This document shows positions 1 through 13,696 of a DNA stretch of 64,000 nt, one piece after another. A program made the translations under genes and the position numbers. Within the stretch, counting starts at the first letter, position 1; every line of letters starts with the position of its first letter. The notes beneath the pieces are model-generated. The model had not been told where the DNA came from. It worked only from the letters and a program-made list of their open reading frames with translations, and did not search any database. The stretch is from the NCBI RefSeq assembly GCF_037042905.1, contig NC_087251.1, positions 18,354,001 through 18,418,000 of the forward strand, given 5' to 3'. The stretch is from Lytechinus pictus. Taxonomy: Eukaryota.

Positions 1-1826
1 AAATTAAAAGAAAAAAAAATCTCATACCGAAATTGAAATAGATTGCAAAATGTTTGCCCCTTTTAATCCCTGTCACATATCTAACACCAGCTTAACCGTG
101 GACGATTCGCAGACAATATAGATCTCTTTACAGATATCGAATCTTTACGACTCGACGCTATGTTCCTGGAACGCCGTGTGCGGCGCTCTTCACATCTTAA
201 GCTTTTTCGGAACATTTCTTATACTTTCGTTACCAGAATCTTTGTCGTCACTAAATAACGCTCGTTTTTTATGTTGGCATTTTTCATTTTTTTTGGGGAA
301 ATACATGGATACAACACTAATGGTTTAACTTACATATCACTGACTTGAAATTAAAAAAGTTGAAACTGATTACAAAGAAAATACGGTTTTTTATTATATG
401 TCACGTGATTGATGACGTTTTTTTTTACCCCTGTACCATAATACGTTCGGGGGAGCCACTTCCTTTCAAAGATGTACAACATGATTGTCTAAGAAAACTC
501 GTAAAGCCGGTTTAAGTTTCATCGTCGGGCGATATATGTGCGTACAAAAGAATGGGTATCAATAGCAACTAATTTATTATTCTTCAGTTTATTTTCAATG
601 AATACTCAGGCGTTGTTGTTTTTAGTAGTTTTTCTCATAGTGTAAACAACGTTCCCCGGGTACAGAGGTTTTGTTGCTCTCGGGTACTTTCCGATTTGAG
701 AATTATCTTGTTCGTTTTGATCATCGTACACGTCTTTTATTCGGAAATATTCGGAAAAGAAAACGCAGCGATATTTAGTGCATCACATATACGGTATGTG
801 CACACGTACACTGCATATCGCTTCGCATATGTGGGTCATCATTGACATTGTTCGCCGTATTATTCAGGGTGATGGGTAAGTGAAAAGTATGGTCGTGTGA
901 CCTTACTTCGCGCGTGACCATATTTCGTGGACGGTCGTATATCTCAGAAAGTACTTAATATCGTTATAATCTGATACCACTACCAGAAAAAGCCGTTAAA
1001 AAACTATCCTGTAGTGAGAGTTTCTAGTTGATAAGATTGGAATTTGTTTAAGCTAGGGCTAGGCGATTGGGCAGGCGCGCGCACCTGCCTCGCCCGATCC
1101 TCGCCCATATGCGCCCACCACTAACTTAGCACTTAGCAGGCAGGGTAGGACTTCGGACACATCCACACATAAACATCTCCAACTAAAGTGAGTACACTAA
1201 CTACCCCAATTTTCACTTCCAATCTAAAAAAACACAAGGTGAGAGGATGTATTCCCTGTATGGGCAATGCATCCCCTCACCACCCAATTTTTTTTTATCA
1301 ACAACTGTCCTTTTCCAGCCAAACGTTCTCTGCTCTTTAATTAATGATTAACATGGACAGTGAAACTAGCTGATCTTATCCTCAGCATCCTAACATAGCT
1401 TCAAACCACTACCTCTCTCTAAAAAACGCCCATTATCAACCACAATACAATCCATGAAATAAGCACAATTTGAACACAAAACAAAACCAAAAAGCCTGTG
1501 TATCCATTGACATCTTTTATGATTGATAAGATATCCACGCATAAAGGATTTGGACATGTTCAAAACCATCACCCCACCCCATGTGCGCCACAAATTCTAC
1601 ACCCTACACATACTATAATAGCCCCCTTTCAGCTCACCAAACGCAACATATGTTATTCATATCTGGTTCCAAAATACACTGGATAGAAGACTAGGCCAAC
1701 TTCCAGCCAACTGGGCAGCAGCAATGACATGATTTTGATGCGACGTCGCGTCGTAACTACGTGCCGTGTGCAAATCGTAAATATATCTATTCCCCGCTCC
1801 GACTGTCGTATTCATGTGCGTATATA

Positions 1827-2050
1827 TACGGAGCTCCTAAGGCATTTTAGGTGACATGACTTGTTTTTCTCAGGAATTATCAACTCCTTCCTTCGATTTA
1901 TAAGACATTCCCCATGACTTATTATTCGTTTCCCTTGACTTACAACTCGTTTCCTCGACTTTTCTCTATAAGTCGAGGAACGATTAGATTTTAAAAAAAA
2001 TAATAATAATAAATAAAATAAAAATGTCTTGTTACCTTTGTGGTTCCGTT
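1827..2050. mobile_element. Degenerate small MITE-like element with internal ~21-bp repeats (possibly IS3EU-related)
   Basis: Left end TACGGAGCTCCTAAGG vs right-end revcomp AACGGAACCACAAAGG. Internal degenerate ...TGACTT... units. No clear TSD. Confidence 0.25.
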
Positions 2051-3469
2051 TGCGACAGTGGCTTATAAGGCAAAATAAATTGAGGAGCCAGGCATGGTTC
2101 ATATTATATGGGACAACACTTCTAAAAAGCCGCGAGTGAGCGAAGCAAGCGAGCAAAACTTTGAACTTTTTTAAAACAAACACATAGTTTTGTGATATAT
2201 TTTGACACAATATTTATGCATGATAATTTTGTTTCACCCCTTTTCATTTCCTTTTATTCTTGTTCGCCTTTTTCTTGATCTTTAAGCTTTTCTGTCTGTT
2301 GTTTGTTTGTACACAAGTGATGTGTATTTGCTTGTGTACATACAAAATTGGTTCGTGGACGGTGTATTCCGTGTGGATAGGAGATATTACTCAACCAACT
2401 TACATTGTGATGTGTCTAATATAGCCAGAAATGTCGTGATGATAAAGAGGAAGAACATCATCACCAATCCAGCAAAACACCATATCTTAGATGTTCTACG
2501 AGAAGAAAAAATATGCCAAACTCGTATAATAAAATGAAACAATCTCCCTTTTACACAAATAAACATGATAACCGAAATTATTTTTTTAGATAATGCATGC
2601 CCGGAACAATAATCAACCACTATGAAATAATGTACATTTAATTTATAAACTTTCCAGTGGCTTTCCAAGAGCTGGAAAATAATTTCTTGATTATTAGTGT
2701 CTGATTTTAATCAATTCTAAATCCACAATTATTCATTAAAGCGATACAATACAATTTGTATTATCTAACAATGCTCTTGATTTATTCATCTAAATGACTC
2801 TGTACATAATTTTATAATATTGCAAATATACCTTGTTGGGAAGAAGAGTGAAAGGAATAGGAAGAAAATGTATGGAGTGAAGTTTCCATAGGCGACATAT
2901 AGGGTGAAGTTGTCCTTGAAATCCACGCTGTCACTAACATTAGCAAATTTGTGATCTGTAAAATACTAAGAAAATGAAAAGAAGGAACGTAATTACGTAT
3001 TGAAGGGATTATAGAATCCCCTTTTTGAAAACACCCGACACAATCATGAATGAAAACCACCTCCCCTATATTAGACTTTTTTTTATATTGGGAGGTCAAT
3101 TTTTTGTCTAATTGCTAAACTCCTAACATCTCGGCATCACCATTCCAATTATTTTTCTTTTAAATAATAAATCATTAAATTTGATGATTATCATCAAAGA
3201 CTGAACAGAAAAATAAATAAATCAAATCAATTAAAAAATCAATTCGAAATATCAAGTAACCAACATAATATATGAAACGACAGATGATGTTTTTAACGAA
3301 ATTTTGTTTAAATAATATATTCAGACTTACTTTATCTTTCAAACTTGCATCATGATTGATGTAAGTCGATCATGTATCGGATGTAATCTCTCCCCTTCTT
3401 TGTAATAGGCATATTCTTCATTTATCACTATAATCGGTTTATTTATTTATCTATTTATTTTCTTTCTTT

Positions 3470-3492
3470 CTATCTATCTATCTATCTATCTA

Positions 3493-3539
<47 letters not shown>

Positions 3540-3540
3540 A

Positions 3541-3633
<93 letters not shown>

Positions 3634-3707
3634 CTATCTATCTATCTATCTATCTGTCTGTCTGTCTGTCTGTCCGTCTATCTATCTATCTATCTATCTA
3701 TCTATAT
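3470..3707. repeat. (TATC)n / (TGTC)n microsatellite
   Basis: Directly visible tetranucleotide array. Confidence 0.97.
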
Positions 3708-3804
3708 CTCCCCGTATGAACAGACTACAAGACTATTCATCTATTCATCTATGTCTGTATGTCTGTTTTTATAACATATACCTGTACATTGCCATTATAG
3801 AGAC

Positions 3805-5232
3805 CACTGGCGTAAATCCGTGTTGATGGGCGGGGGGGATGACTGAAATATTTTGGCATTTTTTTGCAATCATGTTTTTAGATATGCAAGGAATTGTCAT
3901 TGATATGTCCACAGTGGCGTACCGTGGGTCACGGCATTGGGGGGGGGGGGGCACCAGCAAAATTTTTTAATGACTGAGTGAGTGACCTAATAGAGACATT
4001 TTAAGGACAATGTCATTAAACGGATATGTATCTCACTCATCAAATAATGCGAGCGCGAAGCGCGAGCTGAATTTTTTTTATATTCACACCTAAAAAGGGA
4101 CATTATAATCAAATGTGTATAGGCCTAATCATGATAGGTACCTGTCTCGCTTAACAATGCGAGCGCGAAGCGCGAGCTGAAAACTTAGATAATTCAGACC
4201 TGAAGTGGGGCATTCTAAGTTTTCTTTGTAGGAATTAACCAGGACCATACGTATTTCATTAACCAAATGATGCGAGCGCGAAGCGCGAGCTGAAAATTTT
4301 TGATATTCAGATCAGAAGAAGGGACATTTTAAGGACTGATTTTAGGAATTCATGAAAAGCAGACATATCTCACCAATCCATGAAAAATGCGAACGTAATC
4401 ACGGACAGGAAATGTTTCATATATATACGAAGACCTTAACATGGGGCAATCACTTTTGAGTCATGAAAAAAAAGCATATGTCACTACATAAAACAATGAT
4501 AACTCAAGTGCTAGGAAATATATTTGGTTTATATTGACTTGAAAACGGGATGTTTTGGTACAACAGGATTATATATCTCGTTAAACAGACAATGCGAGCA
4601 CCGGGAACAATTGAGACGTAGGCCCTGGGCAAATTATGTTTCATAAAGTTATGATAAAAATGTTTCTTATGTAATGTAACTTAACATAATTATAATATAA
4701 TATAACATTATAATGAACAATATTTTCTTCTTTCCCACTACGTTTCTCTTCCTTTCTCCCTCTTTTCTCCTTTTTCCCATTTCCCCGTTTTTTTTTTTTT
4801 TGGTCAGCCGATGGGGGGGATGTGCCCCCCATGTCCCCCGTAGTTACGCCACTGTATGTCCATATGGCAAATACCCCTCCAATATTATTATGTTTTTTAC
4901 CCCATGATGGTTTAATGGTTTATTAGAGATTACATTAAAAAAATTTGACATTCCATCTTAATCCCTTCCCAAAGACCCCAACATTGATGAATTGGAAGTA
5001 TTTCGTTTGGAAATGGTGAACTGGCTCTTTATTTGCATTTTATGATTCAATAATATTATTTTATTTGTTAAGCGGTATTTTTGGAAGAATTTTCACCAAT
5101 AAAACAATTATCTCTTGTGATTTTTTTTTCATTTCTTTCGTAAAAGGTGGGGGGATGTTTGTACAGGCCATCCCCCCCTCCTCGAAAAAAGGGGGGATAT
5201 ATCCCCCCATCCCCCCGGGATTTACGCCAGTG
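3805..5232. mobile_element. Non-autonomous hAT-like element (outer, host of a nested element)
   Basis: TIR CACTGGCGTAAATCC ... GGATTTACGCCAGTG. 8-bp flanks ATAGAGAC / ATAAAGAC (7/8 match). Poly-G/C subterminal tracts. Confidence 0.85.
3912..4854. mobile_element. Non-autonomous hAT-like element (inner, nested)
   Basis: TIR CAGTGGCGTA ... TACGCCACTG. Perfect 8-bp TSD TATGTCCA (3904-3911, 4855-4862). Internal repeats containing GCGAGCGCGAAGCGCGAGC. Confidence 0.92.
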
Positions 5233-5359
5233 ATAAAGACAGTAAATATATCCCATGCAAAAACTGCATTTACATTTTAAATTTAATATAAATTATTGGG
5301 ACTTTACGGCGTAAGACAACAGTGGATTGTTTTATTGATAAAAACAAATTGTTTGAACA

Positions 5360-5508
5360 ATAATTTATACAAAAATTGTATTTTTTCAGAGAGAAATATT
5401 GCTCACACATTCCAACTCCACTGAACTTTATCTTTACATAATTTATACAAAAATTATATTTTTTCAGAGAGAAATTGCTCACACATTCCAACTCCACTGA
5501 ACTTTATC
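5360..5508. repeat. Tandem duplication of ~77 bp
   Basis: ATAATTTATACAAAAATT...CACACATTCCAACTCCACTGAACTTTATCT occurs twice in tandem. Confidence 0.9.
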
Positions 5509-5635
5509 TCTACAATATGCTTACAGCGGTACAATAATAAGAAGGAACAATGAATGATTCAAAATTGCTCAACTCATGTCACGGTATTTAGCCAGTTACA
5601 ATTGGTACTAACCCCAATTCACATAAAAGTCAGAA

Positions 5636-5831
5636 CACTCTAAAAACACTGAGTAAAATCTTACCCAATGTTGGGTAGAAAGGGATCATACATCTTTGCT
5701 TTGTATTTTCCCCCATATTTGGCTATTTCAACGCAACACTGCGTAAAATTTACAAAATTTGGGGTATCTTTTTACTCAACCAACATGCATGTTCCCATTT
5801 TACCCAATATTGGGTAAACCTTTTTAGAGTG
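5636..5831. mobile_element. CACTA/EnSpm-like MITE
   Basis: TIR CACTCTAAAAA ... TTTTTAGAGTG. 2-bp AA flanks on both sides. Internal TTACCCAA..TTGGGTA palindromes. Confidence 0.7.
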
Positions 5832-5839
5832 AAGCGTCA

Positions 5840-6125
5840 CAGGGCCCTGGGAACGATATTTTAACTGGGGGTGCTGATGTAAATTTGAAAGCCCCCCCCC
5901 CCCCACAAAAAAAAGGGGGTTTCACTTCAAAATGAAGGTCATATTAGCCCAGAGAAAGTTGACAATCAGGAAAGAAGGGTTTTACTCCAAAAATGTAAGT
6001 CATTTTGGTTACATTTTTCAATTGTTCCACACCTACCAGAATTCCAGGGGTGATGCCTAATAATAATACACGCAGCACCCCCAAGGAAAATCGTGATCTC
6101 AGTACCCCCGCTTTCCAGGGGCATG
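5840..6125. mobile_element. Degenerate hAT-like MITE
   Basis: CAGGGCCCTGGGAA start and TTCCAGGGGCATG end. Internal GGGGGTGCTG / CAGCACCCCC motifs. TSD not preserved. Confidence 0.45.
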
Positions 6126-6816
6126 AGCCTCTTTGAAAACATCATGTTTCATAATTACATCCAAATTATTATAATCATTAAAAACACATGGTCATGTACG
6201 GAACGAGGTCTGGTTCGGAAAATATTCATGATGAACAGCAACGGCCAAGATATTGATCAATGAAAGTATGAACATGCATAATAAATTAACAAATTAAATT
6301 ATTTAAAAAGTAAGTAACTAAGTGTTTTAAATATAAATATGAAAAGTACTGAATTGTTTTCATGCATTTAACAAATAAATCTCAATATCCTTTAAATACC
6401 TGAACTAAATAAACCTATAAATGAATGAATAAATGAATAAAATACAAATAAATAGATTTAAAAAATTAAATTGATATAAATAAGATGTATATTAGTATAA
6501 TTACCCGTTCAGCTGTAATGAAACTATTCCATGGGTACAGGGTTCCAAGACCTTGGAAAATGAAGATAATTGTCACAAGCCCAAATCTAAGAAACATAGA
6601 AATAACCATATATCGTTGTCAGGATGTAATTCAAGTTTAACATGGTATTTACCACATATCGCTGTCAGGATGTAATTTAAGTTTGATATGGTATGTTCTG
6701 TTTTATTTTCGTAAAAAATATAATCTTCCAGTTATCTCCATACACTTATTGTTCACATAGTGATAGCAGTATTACATTGCATTAGTAGCATAAGTAGTAG
6801 TATATAGTTTTAAATG

Positions 6817-7113
<297 letters not shown>

Positions 7114-9650
7114 TAGAAGTGTTTTAAAATAATGATATATTCATCGTATAAAGTTGGATTTTCTAAATTCATTATACCCGAGTTTTTCGGTACAGACTAC
7201 TTCCCTATAATGAGTTTTAATGTTTTCTTGCTTTGATACTACTCTACTGCTAATATAAACAGTATAACCTGTCTTTTGGTGCTCTCCTGATTTCTGGCTC
7301 GTCCTTTGGTGTCTCTTTATACGATCTCGGTTGATCTTCATTTTCCATTGGTGTTAACATCACAGAATCACGGGAATATTGTCCGTCCATACTAAACTGC
7401 TCTTTATCTTCTAATTACGACTGGATTTTGAACACTGCAATCAAGACCAGCGGTAAATCAAATATAGCGAATATTGTAATGGTTAGCCGTTTGTCATTTT
7501 TTTTTTAATCTTCGAAATTCATAACACAGCAATTTCAATTAGCGAAGGGAAAGAGACAGGGGCTTGGGATGTTGCTCCGCCCTCCCTTTAGAAAGGAGAT
7601 AGAAATGATCAAGAAGAAAAATATGTGAACGGGAGATTCAGAGAAATAAAGCAAAATCACCTTTACGTCAACCCCATCAATATAATTATATATTGCTATC
7701 TCTCATCAACAATTAATAGAATACAATGGCTATATACAACATTTAAATACATCATGAAAGCGGATTACTAATTCCATGGCAAAGCAAACTTTTTGTTTAA
7801 TATTATTTTATAGCAATAGGAGCCTTGAGATTTTTTTTTATATCACAACGGCATAATTAAAAATGACAAACCTAATTTGATTTTAACTTACCCGATAAAG
7901 TCGGTCAAAGTGTCGAGGTAATGAGCACTAGTCGAAACCTAGTTCTAGTACAAGAGCATTATTTTAATCAATGCATGCGCTTTAATAATCTCTGTGTAAC
8001 TAGCTTTATGATTTTCATGCGGAGCGAGGATGAGTCAAAGAATTGTGGTGTAGCCCATGCAGGCCTAGTCATGGGCTGGTGAATGTTGATGCCACCCCCA
8101 CCCCCTCTCCAATATCCAATATCTGACAATGTATCTGTTTGAAAGTCTTCGGAGGTATTCGGTAAATGTGCGATACGATAGCCCAGGCAAGCAGATATGA
8201 CATTTCCAAGGGCAGGGGGTACGTGTCATAAGGCAGGCGGCTATGATCAGATGGTAGACATATTTATTTTAGCAGAATGATTGGGGGTGTCACTGATCAT
8301 GCTGCTTATTGGAACCGTAAGAGCTTAAGAAACGCCCCGAGATTGAATACCCAAAATAAGAATTCATAACAACCGTTTTTCTGATAAATATAGATTTTTT
8401 GTATTATTCGTTATTAAGGATAATGAAATTATCCATCCCTGGCTCCGTAAAACAAAGGTGTGAATTTCGTTGGAATGAAAATATGTTTAGCATTATCAAT
8501 GTTTATGATGTACCCTTGGGGATGGGTCTGCTATACTTCCGAAGTTATTTGTTTTTCAATGATTAAAATATGTTATCTTAAGGAAAGCATCCAATACAGT
8601 CAGCATTGTTTGTATTTTGTCTATAAAGATATTCTGTCTATATTAATATGTTTGTTTAGTTAATATTAGTTCGTTGTTTAAATAAAGATTACAGACTTTT
8701 TACTTTCTAATTTAATTGATTTCCATTATATTTATGTGTTGATATTATGTAACAATCAATGTGCATTAATTTTACATCTTCTGTTATTCAACGAAGAGCA
8801 TAAGAAATGAATGACCCCCACACTTCGCCTGCATTTTCTCTTTACTCCACGGCCTACTCACGCAATCATAACAAGACCCGGAGATGCTGTGAAAAGATCA
8901 AGGATGTATCATTAACCTGAAACATTAGACTTCATCTAGGAGGAGTCACCTTCAAGTTTAAAGGCAGAGACTTCCCATTTTCATGATCTTAAGCACAGCC
9001 TTTACAAAAGGGATAAATCCTATAACCGTCGGCAAGGCAAACTGCTTTCTTAATGTTTGCATTTTCTTTCTTTCTCGTGTACCCTGCCCATATTATACGT
9101 GAACACTCCATTTGAAATATTTTCTTATTGTGTTTTCTATTATTTTACAATAAAGAGACAAACCATCAGAAATAAGAAAATCAAAATCTTTATTGAGAAA
9201 GTAATCTGAGAGGTATTGGCACCTTTTTGCATTTTTTTCATCCGGAGCTCATTCTAATCTACTTTTTCCGACGGGTTAAAACTGTTTAAAATCCGTCATG
9301 TCAACATCTTAGGACAACATAATATGCATCCTCATTAATGAAATAATTTCAAATCTCCTTCAAATATTTCAAACAATTAATATATATATATTTTTTGTTT
9401 AGTGAACAACGTGTGTTTTGGGAATCGATTGTGTTTCTATTTTAACACTTTTGAACGTATAAAAAAACAATAGTGAAACAACAGAAGATGGAAGGTAGGT
9501 GAAAAATAAGTAAGACAGCGACACAAACTGTAAAAAGTAAATATCTAAGGAATATTCTCTTTCTAACTATAGATAGCGCTATACTACTACTTGATTTATA
9601 AAAAAACGAAAATATCAAAAATATGCAGTGAATATAATCTTACCATCGAT

Positions 9651-9759
9651 CATTGGCGGCGGAGCAGAGGATTATCTTTTGTGTTTGGGGGGGGGGACGC
9701 AACAATAGACGTCCCCCCCCCCCAAATACAAAAGATAATCCTCTGCTCCGCCGCCAATG
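9651..9759. mobile_element. 109-bp hairpin MITE, hAT-like
   Basis: Near-perfect ~50-bp inverted arms CATTGGCGGCGGAGCAGAGGATTATCTTTTG... Perfect 8-bp TSD CCATCGAT (9643-9650, 9760-9767). Confidence 0.93.
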
Positions 9760-11299
9760 CCATCGATATCCAATTTCCACATGGTTTTATATACATGTAT
9801 ATATAACTATTACAATCTAACGTACCCCTCAATCATCTGAATTATATAACTCTCCAGAATGAAATTTAGTGTCTCTATTTTCGAAGCACTACTGTTTGTA
9901 ACTAAAGATAACGCTATACACCACTTTACATTGTTTGCAAAATTTCTTAGTAAGAAATCGATTTAATATATACGCAAATTAACTCTATTGGTTATAAAAT
10001 GAAGAGAAATGAGTGCTTTGAATAAAAAAAATGTAAAAAGGAAACAACGAGGATTCCCAAGAAAACTAAAAATAGACCAAAAGGAAGAAAACATTTTTAA
10101 AAATGCCTTGCAGTAGCTATGAAATTGCCATTTAGTATCACCTCCACTCCCGTTGCTGTAACTCAGTTAAATTCTTTTAAAAAGTAATAACATTACTGAT
10201 CACATAAGTTTCCAACATTTTTATGATGAATTTGAGGTCAATAAAAATTAATGAGGGGAATGTTCTTTTATTGTGATGGTGTGCGTGTGTTTTAATATTT
10301 ATGTGTAATTGGTTATTGTAAGATTTAGATTTTTAATTTTAATTTAATTTTCCTATATGAAACACTAATATAAAGTTTGTAACTAAAGATGTCGCTAGAC
10401 CACTTTTTCGTAAATGGTGACTTTTCAAAATACGTAAAAAGGCTATACTGTATACTGACTGTCTATATACTGACTTCACATCAAACACATTTTATGACAA
10501 TCATATTATTCCGTTGATTGCCATAATTACAACTACATGTATTTATTTTTAATGGCGTAAAGATGAATTGAAAGTAATGTTTTGCACCATTTTGATGAAA
10601 ATGATAACCAGTTTGAAGCCGACCACACACCTTAGGACAGGACTGAGATTTACTATGGGAATACTTACATAATTTATCAAAAGTAAGTAAAATAATAAGT
10701 GGTTGGTGCAAAAGTGAAAAATGGCATTACATCCTTGGCTTTCTATTTTTCTGTTCATTCGATTTTACTACGATGAGTGCATTTCGAAAAAGCTTAAGTT
10801 TTCCATGCACAGTGCTATTTCCTGAAGAAAGCAAACCTAAAATAATTTAATTTTATGTTTAAAATATCTATAAGAATATATAAAACAATATTTTGTTTTA
10901 AAACAATTTGTTTAAATGCTGACTGTACATTTGCTAGTACCTCGGCCTATGCTAAAATGATAGGTAGTTGAGTTATATTGCTTTTCTCCCGAAAGGCCGA
11001 AAGCTTATACTTTTATAACAATTCACTCCAAAACTTTTAGTGATGCAGCCAGCAGCCTTTAAATAGTTTGTTATATTTTCCAAAATTGAATACGAACACA
11101 TAAATTTTAGATTGTAAACTCTATTCATCATTATGATAACCTCATATAAACTAAACTAATAGAATATCGATCCATATATTGTGTCCACTATTTGGAATAT
11201 TTTTATTCTAATTTTCCCTTTTTATCTTATAAAGCGCACACCTAGTTCCCAAGAATGCGTATAGCATTTCCATTTATTTGAATGTAGGATAAAAGAGCA

Positions 11300-11406
11300 T
11301 TGTCAATTAAATGCCTTGCTCACGGGCATAGGTGCCGTAGCCGGGGGTCGAACCCCGGACTTTCAAATGTCTAGTAAGGCTCCTTAAACTACTTTGCCAG
11401 GGCACC
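11300..11406 (-). mobile_element. tRNA-derived SINE head (degenerate)
   Basis: Minus strand 11406-11331 reads GGTGCCCTGGCAAAGTAG...GGTTCGACCCCCGGCTACGGCACC, with A-box-like, B-box and acceptor-stem pairing. It is followed by GAGCAAGGCATTT, which recurs near 42463. A second head copy lies at 13657-13696. Confidence 0.65.
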
Positions 11407-12108
11407 TTCATGATCGCGTGTAAAGGCCTTAACAAAACACAGAGATACGATCTTACGTATACGTAAGCTCCCGAAGGGAGCTAGAGAGGGAACTCTTTCC
11501 GCGCGTTTTTATTTCCCATAGGTTTTGTACATAGCCAACATGGCTGCCGGTGTAGCGGCGGATTCGGTTCCACCGGCGGATACCGTATCCGCCGGCAGAT
11601 ATCGTTCTAAATGGCCGATATCGTTTTTAATCGGAACCATATCCGCCGGGTTTGCGCGGCTTGAAGTTTGCAGATTTGGTTCCTCGGCGGATTTGGTTCT
11701 ATTGACTATACGTGTAATTCAGACAACCTCGGCAGCGCGCGCATGCGCGGCTCTGGCAATGTCGATCGCAATGGGGGGGGGGGGGGGGGGGGATTTTCGT
11801 CCGCCTTTAGTGAATTTTTATTCAGGGGCGGATCCATACAGCGTTCGACATAGGGCTCGATGGGGGTGAGGATTAATAGGAGAAATAATGTCTCGATATT
11901 TCATGTATTACATAGACCTGGCACATACGCCAAAACTTTGCTATTTATTATGATCAGATTTTGATGAAATTTCATATCATTTTTTTTTTTTTTTAATTTG
12001 TATACTATTTTCAGTCCGCAGTATGCATCGATCTCTTTAACTGTGCTTTTACACACCAATGTTAGTGTCAGTTTGCCAGACTGTTTGGCGAAAATGTGCA
12101 CCCCCATA

Positions 12109-13453
12109 CAGTGCGTATTAAAAAAACGGGACAGTTTTGAAAAGTCTATAAAAAATTGTTTCAAATTATGATATCTATATTTTGATGTTAATAGATGCTC
12201 TGAAATCTTATCTTTGAAATGCCATTTAAAAAAAAATTGTTCATGCTTGAGCGAACACGGGACGTTTTTGTCGGGGGTTCAAAGAGAGGCTTGCGCCAAA
12301 ATGGCAGAAATTAGAAATTTGATGATCAGACTTTTAACTAATCAGCAGGCTTCCTTTTTACCTTTTCATTATCTTCGCCATGATTTTCGAATTATGCTGT
12401 CAAATTTTATTTACAAATGTATTTATATACTTGAATTATTTTATTTTTTCATTAAAACTTCTTTAACCTTTGAATTTTCCTTCATAAGTAAGAAAAGAAG
12501 ACTTTTGTCAACCCAAGGAAGAAGATTTGCGTTATTAATCATGTTAATTGGGAGAACTTGTAGTTATTCAAATCGTATTTTATTAGGTGAAAAAAATTAC
12601 GTTATGGTACCTTTATAATAGAAAGACATGAATCCTATTTTCAAGGGGTCATTGATTCCTTGACCAAGTTTAATTAAGTGCTTGACAGGGCAAACAGGAA
12701 AGGATTCATGTCTTTCAATGGCAATGTATTGAGTAAATTTTGAAGGAGCTAGATATGGCAGATCGGATAAAATGTATTTAAACAGTTGTGAGCGAGCAAG
12801 CAAAAATTTCCACTTTTTTTAATATCCAATTCTGTGATAGATTTTGACAAAATATTTAAAAAATAAATCATATTTCACTTTCTATCTTTCCTTGTATTCC
12901 CTTTCCACTTTTTTATTGGGGGGGGGGGGTAACACCCCGAGCCCCCACCCATCTGTATGCCACTGTTCAAAAGCACCATAACCTTTGTAGCACACAATCA
13001 CAATGGAAGGATTAAAAAAATACACGCTTTCCCATATACTTCGGTTTAAAAATTTTGTTTTTGCTTATAGAATGAATATTGAAAGCTAAAAGAGAACATA
13101 TTAAAAAGAAACAACAGAACAATTCAGGCAAATAAACAGATTCGAAAATGAATTTTAACAGCATAATTCGAAAATTATGTCAAAGATAATTAAAAGGTTA
13201 AAAGGAAGTCTGCTAAATAGCAAGAAGTCCGATCATCATATTTATCATGTTATGCCATTTTGGCGCAAGATTCCTTTTTAACCCCAAACTAAAACATTCC
13301 GTGTTCGCTCAAGCATGAACAAAACTATTTTTTAATGGCATTTGAAAGATAAGACCTCAGAGCACCTATTAACACCAATATATAGATGTCATAATTTGAA
13401 ACAAAAATTTTATAGACTTTTCAAATCTGTCCCGTTTTTTTCGATACGCACTG
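12109..13453. mobile_element. Tc1/mariner-like MITE with ~240-bp TIRs
   Basis: CAGTGCGTATTAAAAAAACGGGACAG ... CTGTCCCGTTTTTTTCGATACGCACTG with TA on both flanks. Arms ~12109-12345 and ~13215-13453. Confidence 0.9.
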
Positions 13454-13656
13454 TATAGGCATATTGGTTTTTGAAACTACAAATGTTTAGAAAAAATTCA
13501 ACAAATTAAAACTTCATATTTCCAAATAAATGATGCAAATAAGTGTATGAAAATATGTTTTGCTGTTAACTCATATTATTGCTTGTAGAATGCTAATTTT
13601 GGGTGAAAACATAAATTTGACATTTTTAACAAAAATCCCAAAAAAAATAATGTTCT

Positions 13657-13696
13657 ATGTATAGCCAGGCCGCCTAGACCACTCGGCCACGGCACC
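13657..13696 (-). mobile_element. Truncated tRNA-like SINE head (A box)
   Basis: Minus strand GGTGCCGTGGCCGAGTGGTCTAGGCGG..., homologous to the head at 11331-11406. No 3' half. Confidence 0.55.

Noticed and set aside
11331..11406. 76-nt tRNA-like sequence as a functional tRNA gene
   Set aside because: D and anticodon arms pair poorly, a truncated second copy exists, and it continues into a repeat body, so it is better explained as a SINE head.
11525..11869. 114-aa GC-rich ORF
   Set aside because: Lies in the Ginger-like TIR repeats and a poly-G tract. No recognisable domain.
12214..12618. 134-aa ORF as a mariner transposase
   Set aside because: No HTH or DD(D/E) motifs, and it overlaps the TIR.
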